Numbered from the stretch's first letter, positions 15,011 through 23,219 are shown. The stretch: DNA of 32,000 nt from Candidatus Velamenicoccus archaeovorus (GCF_004102945.1 NZ_CP019384.1:180001-212000); one strand, 5' to 3'. Notes: generated from the sequence alone by a model not told the origin. Numbers and translations: made by a program.

Positions 15011-15652
15011 GTGAGAACAACCAAGTTTATAGTGGGGGAGTATTACCACATTTATAATCGCGGGACGGACAAAAGAGATGTTTTTTTAGATTGTTCTGAT
15101 TATAGACGTTTTCTGATTTCGCTTAGTGAACTGAACCAAAAAGGTGAGGTATTGAATTTGTGCCGTCGTTCTCTGATGGAAGCTCGGCTTCAATCAAAAG
15201 AAACTGGTTTATTCCAGCTTGTCGATATTACATGCTTTTGCCTCATGCCCAATCATTTTCATTTAATCCTGCAACAATTGGCAGAAGGTGGTGTTCCTGT
15301 TTTTATGCATAAGTTGGGTACGAGTTATACCAAATACTTCAATAAGAAATATGACCGAAGCGGCGTTCTTTTTCAGGGGGCTTATAAGGCTAAGCGTATT
15401 GAGAATGAAACATATCTTTTGCATCTTAGCCGATATATCCATTTGAATCCTGAAGCGTTAATAAAATCTTCCAAGGATAGTTTCGTCGATTGGTGTGCTT
15501 TGAAAAATTACCCATGGTCCAGTCTCCAGGCTTATCTTAGTGGCCGCAAAAGGAGTATTGTTAGCGATCAGTTCCAGACAGTCGCAGAGCATGAGGATTT
15601 TGTAAAAGCGAGTGCAGATAGTTTTATTCTGGGTGATTTACAGTTTGATTGA
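15011..15652 (+). CDS. IS200-like Y1 HUH transposase, REP-associated tyrosine transposase (RAYT)-like
   Basis: YHIYNRG N-terminus, HUH motif CLMPNHFHLIL, GTSYTKYFNKKYDRSGVLFQGAYKAK, and catalytic-Tyr motif LSRYIHLNP. GTG start with AGGAGG at 15000-15005. AT-rich relative to its neighbours. Confidence 0.85.
   Translation: MRTTKFIVGEYYHIYNRGTDKRDVFLDCSDYRRFLISLSELNQKGEVLNLCRRSLMEARLQSKETGLFQLVDITCFCLMPNHFHLILQQLAEGGVPVFMHKLGTSYTKYFNKKYDRSGVLFQGAYKAKRIENETYLLHLSRYIHLNPEALIKSSKDSFVDWCALKNYPWSSLQAYLSGRKRSIVSDQFQTVAEHEDFVKASADSFILGDLQFD
15174..15196 (-). repeat. REP-like copy inside the RAYT coding sequence (in frame, encodes LMEARLQS)
   Basis: TGATGGAAGCTCGGCTTCAATCA matches the reverse consensus at 20/22 positions. 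Both differences fall at the two unpaired stem positions. Confidence 0.8.
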
Positions 15653-15667
15653 AGCTCGGCTTCGATC
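15646..15667 (-). repeat. REP-like 22-bp repeat, reverse copy overlapping the RAYT stop codon
   Basis: TGATTGAAGCTCGGCTTCGATC, exact. The TGA stop (15650-15652) lies within it. Confidence 0.9.
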
Positions 15668-15810
15668 TCGGTAGGGCCGACGGCCCGCAGCGTGCTTCCG
15701 ACAGAAAACTATGGTCAAAACCGCCGATTTACGTTATAACAGAAAGAAGGTTTGAGAGGTTCGGGGAGATATTCTTCGCAGCGGGCACTTGAAGGATCGG
15801 GAGGCATGCG

Positions 15811-16431
15811 ATGGGCGATTCTCTTGTGGATATTTTACGGCTGGCCTTCGATGATAAAAAAATGTTCCTGCGCCGCAGGTGGTGCGTATTGGCCCCTGTG
15901 ATCGCCGGCTTTGTCGGCGGCGTGATCTTTTGGGCCGTGCAGCCGAGGGTCTATGAATCTTCCAGCCTTATCATAGCCGAGGAGGCCAGGACGCCTCTTC
16001 CTTTTTTTGGCAGCAGTGTCGGCCGCCGCATATCCATGATCCGCGAGCAGATCATTGATATCAACAATCTCGTGCAGGTGGTGGATCGTCTGAATCTCGC
16101 GCGGGACCTTAAGACGGAAAAAGAGTACGAGAGGCTGGTCCTGGGTCTGAGAAAGAAGATTGCTGTGCGCCTGAAAGGACAGAATCTGTTTGAGATTTCT
16201 TTCAGGGGCCGTCGTCCCGGCGAAGCCGCGGCCGTGGTCGGCACCCTTGATGACATGTTTATCGCCCGGCACGGGGGGGCTTTCGCCGTCTATAGGCGGC
16301 CGCAGATGCCCTCGAGGGCCGTTGCGCCGAATCTTTTGGCTGCGATAGCCGCCGGTGTTCTTTTGGGCGCCTGCGCCGGCATGGGGCTGGTGCTGTTGTT
16401 GGAATACCGGGTTCGTCAGACGGAGAGCTAA
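15811..16431 (+). CDS. short Wzz/GumC-like polysaccharide chain-length-determinant (PCP) family protein
   Basis: N-terminal TM after FLRRRWCVL, YESSSLIIAEE, IAVRLKGQNLFEISFRGRRPGEAAAVVGTL (the Wzz-domain pattern I.V......I.ISF....P..AA...N), and a C-terminal TM. SD GGGAGG upstream. Confidence 0.55.
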   Translation: MGDSLVDILRLAFDDKKMFLRRRWCVLAPVIAGFVGGVIFWAVQPRVYESSSLIIAEEARTPLPFFGSSVGRRISMIREQIIDINNLVQVVDRLNLARDLKTEKEYERLVLGLRKKIAVRLKGQNLFEISFRGRRPGEAAAVVGTLDDMFIARHGGAFAVYRRPQMPSRAVAPNLLAAIAAGVLLGACAGMGLVLLLEYRVRQTES

Positions 16432-16434
16432 AGG

Positions 16435-16818
16435 ATGTATCGACGGACATTGGTCCAAAGTTTCAAGCTGGCCCTCGGCGGGATCCTTTTTGTGGTCCGT
16501 AATGAACGCAACATGAAGGTTCATCTTGTCTTCGGTGCGGCGGCTGTATCGCTTTGTCTGTTTTTGAGAGTGGCGCCCATCGAGTTCATTTTTATTGTTT
16601 TTTCGATCGCCCTGGTGTTGATCGCCGAAACGGCCAATACGGCTTTTGAGCTTCTACTGGATTTTGTGCACGGCGACCGTTACCATCCGGACGTCAAGCT
16701 GTTGAAAGACATTGTTGCCGGAGGCGTGTTCATCGCTTCGGCCAACGCTTTTGTCATCGGCATCATCGTTTTTATGCCGCGGCTTCTGCATTTGGCCGCG
16801 TCAGTCTGCCATCTGTAA
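16435..16818 (+). CDS. dgkA: diacylglycerol/undecaprenol kinase (DgkA family)
   Basis: 127 aa, three TM segments. NERNMKVH, IAETANTAFELLLD and KDIVAGGV are typical DgkA motifs. Confidence 0.85.
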   Translation: MYRRTLVQSFKLALGGILFVVRNERNMKVHLVFGAAAVSLCLFLRVAPIEFIFIVFSIALVLIAETANTAFELLLDFVHGDRYHPDVKLLKDIVAGGVFIASANAFVIGIIVFMPRLLHLAASVCHL

Positions 16819-16833
16819 TTTTTGGGAGGATGA

Positions 16834-18126
16834 ATGGATCTTATCAAGAAGATCAAGGAAAGGAAAGTCCGCAGCGCCGTCATCGGCCTCGGCTACGTCG
16901 GCCTTCCGCTGGCGGTAGAATTTGCCAAGGCCGGCATTGAGGTCGTCGGTATAGACCTTGACGCATCCAAGGTCGACGCCATCCGAAGGAAAAAATCCTA
17001 TATCCAGGACGTATCTTCGTCTGAAGTGGCGGATCTTGTTTCCCGAGGGCTTTTGTCGGCGACGACAGCGTATACCGCGCTTAGCGGCGTGGATACCGTC
17101 AACATCTGCGTCCCTACACCTTTACGCAAGACCAAAGAGCCGGACATCTCCTATATCGTCCAGTCGGCCGAACAGATCGCCCGTTATCTGAAGAAAGGAC
17201 AGCTGATCATCCTGGAGAGCACGACTTACCCCGGCACGACCGAAGAAGTGCTCCTGCCCATGTTTGAAGCCAAGGGGTTCAAGGCCGGCCGGGATTTCTA
17301 CCTGGCATTTTCGCCGGAAAGGGTGGATCCGGGCAACCGGAAATATCAAACGAGGAACATCCCCAAGGTTGTGGGCGGGGTGACGCCGGCCTGCACCGCG
17401 GCCGCCCGGGCGCTCTATGAACAGGCGGTCGACACGGTGTATCCGGTTTCTTCGACCCGCGTCGCCGAAACGGTCAAGCTCCTGGAGAACACCTTCCGCT
17501 CCGTCAATATCGGGCTCGTCAATGAGCTGGCGCTGATGTGTCATAAGATGGATATCGACGTTTGGGAGGTCATCGATGCGGCCCGGACGAAGCCTTTCGG
17601 ATTCATGGCATTTTATCCCGGGCCGGGCCTGGGCGGCCATTGCATCCCCATTGATCCTTTATATCTCTCCTGGAAGGCGCGTGTATACGGTTTTGAGGCG
17701 AGATTCATCGAACTGGCGGCCCAGGTCAACGGCGCCATGCCGGAATATGTCGTCGCCAGAGTCGCCGATGCCCTGAATGCGCGCGGCAAGAGCATCCAGG
17801 GGGCCCGCATCCTGATCTTGGGCGTCGCTTACAAAAAGAATGTCGGCGATTACAGGGAATCGCCGGCTTTCGATGTCATGGAAGAGTTGTTGCATAAGGG
17901 GGCAAAGGTGGCTTACAGCGATCCTTTTGTGCCGTCTTTCGAACATATGCAGCTCAAGATGAAGAGCAGCCGGCTGGCACCGGCGATGCTCAAGAGGGCC
18001 GATTGCGTCGTGATCGTCACGGACCACGATTGTTTCGATCATCAGATGATCGTGAAGCATGCCAGATTGATCGTTGACACGCGCCATGCCGTCAAAGTGC
18101 GGTCACCCAAGGTTGTTAAATTATAG
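16834..18126 (+). CDS. nucleotide-sugar dehydrogenase (TviB/WbpO/WecC-like UDP-N-acetyl-hexosamine dehydrogenase)
   Basis: Rossmann VIGLGYVGLP, catalytic Cys GLGGHCIPIDP, and a C-terminal UDP-binding domain (ILGVAYKKNVGDYRESPA). Confidence 0.9.
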   Translation: MDLIKKIKERKVRSAVIGLGYVGLPLAVEFAKAGIEVVGIDLDASKVDAIRRKKSYIQDVSSSEVADLVSRGLLSATTAYTALSGVDTVNICVPTPLRKTKEPDISYIVQSAEQIARYLKKGQLIILESTTYPGTTEEVLLPMFEAKGFKAGRDFYLAFSPERVDPGNRKYQTRNIPKVVGGVTPACTAAARALYEQAVDTVYPVSSTRVAETVKLLENTFRSVNIGLVNELALMCHKMDIDVWEVIDAARTKPFGFMAFYPGPGLGGHCIPIDPLYLSWKARVYGFEARFIELAAQVNGAMPEYVVARVADALNARGKSIQGARILILGVAYKKNVGDYRESPAFDVMEELLHKGAKVAYSDPFVPSFEHMQLKMKSSRLAPAMLKRADCVVIVTDHDCFDHQMIVKHARLIVDTRHAVKVRSPKVVKL

Positions 18127-18202
18127 TGCCGTAAGTGACGCCCCCCGGCAGGAGGGGGCCGGCGGCTTTGTTTCCGTCGGAATAATAAAATCAGGAGGTT
18201 GC

Positions 18203-19147
18203 ATGTCGAGATATCTGGTCACCGGCGGCGCAGGCTTTATTGGTTCCAATATCGCCGAGAAACTCGCCGCTGCGGGTCATTTTGTGAGGATCCTCGATAA
18301 TTTCGTCTCGGGCAGGGAGTCTAATCTGGCGTTTGCCAAAGACCTGGGCCCTGAGCAATACGAGCTTATCCGGGGAGATATCCGCGACAAGGCCGCCTGC
18401 CAGCGCGCCTGCTGCGGCATGGATTATGTCCTGCATCAGGCGGCCCTGCGTTCCGTGCCCCGGTCCCTCAAGTATCCAGAAAATTACAATGAGGTCAATA
18501 TTGGCGGGACGCTCAATATGCTGCAGGCGGCCTCCGCCCAGAAGGTGAAGCGTTTTGTCCTGGCGTCATCCAGTTCAGTTTACGGCGATGCCGGCCGTTT
18601 CCCCGAAAAAGAGGATTTTTGTCCCCAGCCGATCTCCCCTTACGCTTTAAGCAAGCTCGCCGGCGAATATTACTGCCGCATTCATTCCGAATTCTTCGGC
18701 ATTGAGACGGTCGTCCTGCGTTATTTCAACGTCTTCGGGCCCAAGCAGGCCTTGGACGATGAGTATGCCGTTGTGATCCCTAAGTTCATCCATTGCATCA
18801 TGCATGATGAAGAACCGCCTATCTTCGGGACGGGCAGGCAGTCCCGCGATTTTACTTATATCGACAATGTCGTCAGCGCCAATATCCTCGTCGCCGCCGC
18901 GCCGGGCATCAGACACAGTGTTTTCAATGTTGCCAACGGCAGGGATAACACGGTCCTGCATATCGTCGAGAGTTTGAACAGGATTTTCCGCAAGAAGATC
19001 AGGCCTAGGTTTTTACCGGTCAGGGCCGGTGATATCTTCAGGACCCGCGCCGATATTTCCAAGATCAGGCGGTCCCTGGGATTCAGGCCCGTTGTGGGAT
19101 TTGAGGAAGGATTAAAGAAGACGGTGGAGTATTTCAAACAGGGTTAA
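18203..19147 (+). CDS. SDR-family NAD-dependent epimerase (TviC/WbpP-like)
   Basis: VTGGAGFIGSN, LHQAALRSVPRS, SSSSVYGD, and YxxxK in PYALSKLAGEYY. ATG 18203 is preceded by AGGAGG (18193-18198), so the upstream extension of the listed ORF is rejected. Confidence 0.88.
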   Translation: MSRYLVTGGAGFIGSNIAEKLAAAGHFVRILDNFVSGRESNLAFAKDLGPEQYELIRGDIRDKAACQRACCGMDYVLHQAALRSVPRSLKYPENYNEVNIGGTLNMLQAASAQKVKRFVLASSSSVYGDAGRFPEKEDFCPQPISPYALSKLAGEYYCRIHSEFFGIETVVLRYFNVFGPKQALDDEYAVVIPKFIHCIMHDEEPPIFGTGRQSRDFTYIDNVVSANILVAAAPGIRHSVFNVANGRDNTVLHIVESLNRIFRKKIRPRFLPVRAGDIFRTRADISKIRRSLGFRPVVGFEEGLKKTVEYFKQG

Positions 19148-19240
19148 GGCGGGGCGGGCCGCGCCGGCCATTAGTTTTCCGCCGCGGGGCGTTTTTGGAG
19201 CCATTTTTCGACCCTGAAGAAACTTCGGCATCTTGCGAAA

Positions 19241-20050
19241 ATGTCAGGATCCCTCAAGAGATATTTCGTTTCCTTCGTAACCACCCTCATTTATTTTTTT
19301 TCATTTTTCAGAAGGCGGGAAGGTTTTCTCGTTCTTTTGTATCATCGCGTCACGGACCAACTGCCGCCCCACGAGCTGGCCGTGCCTGTCGCCGCGTTCC
19401 GCCGGCAGATGGAGTATCTCGCCAAGAATTGCGACGTCTTGTCCATGGATGATTTGCTGCAGGTCCTCGCAGGACGCGCCATATCCTCCGCCGCCGGCTC
19501 CAGGAGGCCGAAGGTCGTCATTACCTTTGACGACGGCTACAGGGATAATTATACGAATGTCTATCCTGTTTTGAAAGAATTCGGCCTGCCGGCGACGATT
19601 TTTTTGATCACGGGCATGATCGGGACCGATAAAAAAAGGCCGCGTTACCAGCATCTGCCGAGCCCGGACATGCTGAGCTGGTCGGCCGTCAAAGAAATGG
19701 CATGTAATGGCGTAACGTTCGGTTCGCATACGGTGAATCATCCTCATTTGGGTGCGTTATCGCCGGAGGAACAGAAGAACGAGATTGAGCAGGGAACGGC
19801 GGCGCTGGCTTCGTGGTTCGAGGAAGGCGAGACAAGGCCCATCTTCTGCTATCCTTACGGCGAGTACAACCGGGAGACATTGAAGATCCTGGAAGGATTG
19901 GGTATCAAGGCCGCTTTTACTGTCGCTTGTGGGATCAACGATGTGAAAGCCAATCCTTTGGAGTTGCGGCGCGTCGGCATGGACGGCAGGGATTCCCTTT
20001 TCGATTTGCGCAAGAAATTGGCTGGCGCCTGCGACATCCTGCATGCCTGA
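19241..20050 (+). CDS. polysaccharide deacetylase (NodB homology domain)
   Basis: N-terminal TM, then VITFDDGYRDNY, PATIFLITG and GSHTVNHPHL. Confidence 0.88.
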   Translation: MSGSLKRYFVSFVTTLIYFFSFFRRREGFLVLLYHRVTDQLPPHELAVPVAAFRRQMEYLAKNCDVLSMDDLLQVLAGRAISSAAGSRRPKVVITFDDGYRDNYTNVYPVLKEFGLPATIFLITGMIGTDKKRPRYQHLPSPDMLSWSAVKEMACNGVTFGSHTVNHPHLGALSPEEQKNEIEQGTAALASWFEEGETRPIFCYPYGEYNRETLKILEGLGIKAAFTVACGINDVKANPLELRRVGMDGRDSLFDLRKKLAGACDILHA

Positions 20051-20067
20051 GATCCGGCGGATAATCG

Positions 20068-21165
20068 ATGAGAAAAATCAACCCACTCGACGCTTCAGCA
20101 GTTCGTTCTTCAAGTAAGCGCAGAACAACCGGCGGAGATCTGCTCAAAGTTGATGCCGAGCGGCGCCGGCTTCCCCGCCCTGAAGGACAAGGTTTTGGTC
20201 CTGTCGGACGTATCAAATACGAGATCGATCCTCATCAACGACTGGTCTTGACCGGCGGAGGGTTGCGGCAGGTCCTGGACGGGACATTCAAGATATCGAA
20301 GGATGATGAACTTGTCTATCACGTCAAGCGGCCTGTGGCCAAGAACGAACCTCAACAGGTCAGATGCCGCGGGAGCTGGTCACTGGATGCGGGGCACCGC
20401 CTTGTTTTTTCTTTGGATAAGTGGAGCCGTCACATTGCAGGCGGCAAGCTGGTTCTGGGGGCCGAGGTGCTCAGCGTTTCAGGCCACGAGCTCGTTTTTA
20501 CTTTGAACAGCCGGGATCGCGACGGCAACGAAAAGATAACCCTGCTGACGTTCGGCGGTTCGTGGCAAGTGGATACGGACAGCCGCCTGAATTTTCTTGT
20601 GGAGAAGGGATCGGGTCGGCCTGACCGTTTGCGGTTCCGAGGTTCCTGGACGCTCAATGGGGACCATGAATTGGAATACTGTTTTTCCCGCGCCGGCCGC
20701 AGCCCCCAGACGCTTAAATTCAAGGGTTCCTGGGTCGTCAGCGGCCGTGACCGGCTGACTTATTGTCTGGCTGAAAGCAATTCCGCAGATACTTCTGCGC
20801 GTATCGATCTTGAGGCGTCGTTGGAACATGCGTTCTCGGACAGGTTGGTTTTTGTCCTTGGAGGAGCGGTCCAACCGTGGCAGAAAAAGCTGATTTTTTT
20901 CGGAAAGTGGCGGTTTGACAAGACGCACGGGTTTAATTTTGAGCTGACGCATAAGGAAGGCCGTCTTTCGCGGATGGCGTTTGGGGGATATGCACGCTTG
21001 AAAAACGGCGTCACGGCGGAGGTCGAGCTGACAGCTCCTCGCGGCGAACCCCTGGGTGCTGCGGTCACTCTTTCCGGGAAAATAGGGGGCGGCGAGGCCT
21101 TTTTGCGTCTGCTGAAAAGGTCGGATGGCAGCGCGGTATTTTTGGGTTATGGCCGCAGGTGGTAA
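20068..21165 (+). CDS. uncharacterised protein built of ~28-aa beta-hairpin-like repeats
   Basis: Recurrent L-x-F-x-G-S-W-x-[LV]-x4-5-L-x-[FY] units: RGSWSLDAGHRLVF, GGSWQVDTDSRLNF, RGSWTLNGDHELEY, KGSWVVSGRDRLTY, FGKWRFDKTHGFNF, plus degenerate copies. Basic N-terminus with no signal peptide. Tightly packed between two deacetylase genes. Confidence 0.6.
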   Translation: MRKINPLDASAVRSSSKRRTTGGDLLKVDAERRRLPRPEGQGFGPVGRIKYEIDPHQRLVLTGGGLRQVLDGTFKISKDDELVYHVKRPVAKNEPQQVRCRGSWSLDAGHRLVFSLDKWSRHIAGGKLVLGAEVLSVSGHELVFTLNSRDRDGNEKITLLTFGGSWQVDTDSRLNFLVEKGSGRPDRLRFRGSWTLNGDHELEYCFSRAGRSPQTLKFKGSWVVSGRDRLTYCLAESNSADTSARIDLEASLEHAFSDRLVFVLGGAVQPWQKKLIFFGKWRFDKTHGFNFELTHKEGRLSRMAFGGYARLKNGVTAEVELTAPRGEPLGAAVTLSGKIGGGEAFLRLLKRSDGSAVFLGYGRRW

Positions 21166-21211
21166 GACGGCCGTAGCTTTTGCGGCATAAAAATTGTATA
21201 CTAAGATATCT

Positions 21212-22054
21212 ATGAACAAGATCCCTATTTTGCTTTATCATGATTGTTGCCCGTCGCCGGATGCCGCCTCCAGCGGCCTCAATGTCCTGCAGGATGATTT
21301 TCGCCGGCAGATGGAATATCTCCATCACAACGGTTATGCGTGTGTGTCGCTGGCCCGCCTTCTGGCGGAACGCGAATATGTCAGAGGAGAAAAAAAGGCC
21401 GACGGCCGCCCCTTGAAACCCGAAGAGGTGACAGGAGATACGCGCAAAAAAGTCGTCCTGACCTTTGACGACGGGGACAAAAGCCATTTCGATTTTGTCT
21501 TTCCGATCTTAAAAGAGGCTGGTTTCAGCGCGACATTCTTCATCGTCGTTAACGAGATCGGCAAGCCCGGCCGAATGGACTGGACGATGATCTACGAGTT
21601 GGTAAAGGGCGGCATGGACATCGGCTCTCACGGGATGTCGCACGCTTTCCTGACGGGGCAGAGCAATTACGCGGTGCTCAATGAACTCATTCTTTCCAAG
21701 CAGGTGTTAGAAAAGTACACGCGCAAGCGGGTTGATTTTTTGGCCATCCCCGACGGTTTTTATAACAAGCAAGTCCTGACCATCGCCCGCGATGTCGGGT
21801 TCAGGGCCGTTTGCACCTTGGACACAGGCTATAACGATTTTCTTGATGAACATATGTTCCTTTTGCGGCGTTTCCCCGTCAGGAAGGGCTATGGGCTCAA
21901 TATCTTCAAATCCATCGTGGGCGGTTTTCCGTCTTTGCGCGTCCAGGCCATGGAAAGAACGAGGTCTTCCTTGAGGCGGGCGCTGGGCTATCAGGTTTAC
22001 GACAGGTTCCGTCGCGCGGCGTTTTTGGCCGGCGGGACAAGAGGCACAAGGTGA
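21212..22054 (+). CDS. polysaccharide deacetylase (NodB homology domain), second copy
   Basis: PILLYHD, VLTFDDGDKSHF, SATFFIV and GSHGMSHAFL. ATG 21212 is preferred over the upstream TTG 21194. Confidence 0.85.
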   Translation: MNKIPILLYHDCCPSPDAASSGLNVLQDDFRRQMEYLHHNGYACVSLARLLAEREYVRGEKKADGRPLKPEEVTGDTRKKVVLTFDDGDKSHFDFVFPILKEAGFSATFFIVVNEIGKPGRMDWTMIYELVKGGMDIGSHGMSHAFLTGQSNYAVLNELILSKQVLEKYTRKRVDFLAIPDGFYNKQVLTIARDVGFRAVCTLDTGYNDFLDEHMFLLRRFPVRKGYGLNIFKSIVGGFPSLRVQAMERTRSSLRRALGYQVYDRFRRAAFLAGGTRGTR

Positions 22055-22103
22055 GCTGGGAGAGGCGGGGACGGTGCGTTCCCGCAGGACAGGGAGAGAA
22101 AAT

Positions 22104-23219
22104 ATGTTCAGCTTCATTTTTTATTTCAGCCTGGCGCTCGTCGTTTATGCCTACGTGGGTTATCCGTTGCTTTTGCTGTTGATGCAGGTGACGTCGTCGG
22201 GCCGCGTCAAAAAGGCGGATATCTTGCCGTCGGTGACGGTTTTCGTGTCGGCGTATAATGAAGTCAGGCATATCGAAGCCAAGGTCGCAAACCTTCTGGA
22301 GTCGGACTATCCCAAGGACAAGCTGGAGATCATGGTCGGCTCGGACGGATCAACGGACGAAACCTACCGTGCCATCAAGCGTCTCGCCGAAGAAAAAAGC
22401 ATCCGCTACACGGTTTCTTTTCAGCGTCTCGGTAAGGCGGCCATGCTCAACAAGATGGCCAAGGACGCCAAGGGCGACATCTATATTTTTGCCGATACCC
22501 GCCAGAGGTTCGCCAAAGACGCCATCAGGAATCTCGTGCGGCCATTCGCCGACGGTGAGGTCGGCGCCGTCAGCGGCGATCTTATCCTCGGGGGGGACCT
22601 GCGGCGTCTCGGTTTTTCTTGGCTCTATGAAAGATGGCTGCGCCGGCTGGAAGGCAATATCGGCTCTATTCTCGAGGCGGCAGACGGGATTTATGCCGTG
22701 CGTAAAGAGTTTTTTCACTACCTGCCTGATGTGGTTCTGGAGGATACCTATACGTTGATGAATGCCGTTGTCGTTGGCAAGAGAGCTGTCTTTGAGCCTG
22801 CGGCCAAGGCCTACGGCATGGCGGTCGAGATGGCGCCGCAGGAATTCATCCGGAAGGTGGGCGTCTTTGCGGGGCAATTGCAGATTTTTGCCTTGATGCC
22901 AGAGCTGCTTATCCCTGCCAAGAGCAAGGTTGCTTTTCAGATGATTTCACACAAGCTCCTGAGGTTGATCGTTCCTTACTTTTTGCCGGCCCTCTTTTTC
23001 TCCAATGCGTTCCTTTTGCGCCGGGGACCGTTTTTCTCGGCCTTCTTCGCTTTCCAGGCCGTCTTTTACCTTTTGGCCTTCCTGGAAACGGGATCAAAAA
23101 GGGGTGCAGGGATCTTGTCCGGCCCCTACGAATTTTGTGTTTCGCATTGGGCGGCTGTCGTCGCTTTCATGAAGTTCAGAAGAGGCGAAGTCAACGTCGC
23201 CTGGGAAAAGAGGCCGTAA
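22104..23219 (+). CDS. membrane-embedded family-2 glycosyltransferase (synthase-like topology)
   Basis: N-terminal TM, a GT2 core (VTVFVSAYNE, VGSDGSTDET, IYIFADTRQ, GAVSGDL) and several C-terminal TM segments. ATG 22104 has GGGAGAG upstream. Confidence 0.85.
   Translation: MFSFIFYFSLALVVYAYVGYPLLLLLMQVTSSGRVKKADILPSVTVFVSAYNEVRHIEAKVANLLESDYPKDKLEIMVGSDGSTDETYRAIKRLAEEKSIRYTVSFQRLGKAAMLNKMAKDAKGDIYIFADTRQRFAKDAIRNLVRPFADGEVGAVSGDLILGGDLRRLGFSWLYERWLRRLEGNIGSILEAADGIYAVRKEFFHYLPDVVLEDTYTLMNAVVVGKRAVFEPAAKAYGMAVEMAPQEFIRKVGVFAGQLQIFALMPELLIPAKSKVAFQMISHKLLRLIVPYFLPALFFSNAFLLRRGPFFSAFFAFQAVFYLLAFLETGSKRGAGILSGPYEFCVSHWAAVVAFMKFRRGEVNVAWEKRP

Larger units (their letters stand above)
14807..15667 (+). 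mobile_element. REP/RAYT-like unit: HUH Y1 transposase gene with flanking palindromic repeats
   Basis: Repeat copies at 14820-14841 (+), 14937-14958 (-) and 15646-15667 (-) bracket the AT-rich ORF 15011-15652. A partial unit GATCGAAACCTCA sits at 14807-14819. Confidence 0.7.

Noticed and set aside
4649-15667. The possibility that the recurring 22-bp repeat is a CRISPR array.
   Set aside because: The copies are in mixed orientation with irregular spacing (10 nt to several kb), lie between or inside unrelated genes, and there are no cas genes. The repeat behaves as a REP-like element.
15729-15739. The 11-mer TTACGTTATAA shared between the region upstream of the EPS locus (15729-15739) and the region upstream of the cyclophilin-like gene (30096-30106), as a possible common regulatory box.
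   Set aside because: With roughly 5x10^8 position pairs and 4^11 possible 11-mers, more than 100 identical 11-mer pairs are expected by chance in a 32-kb window. The match is not meaningful by itself.
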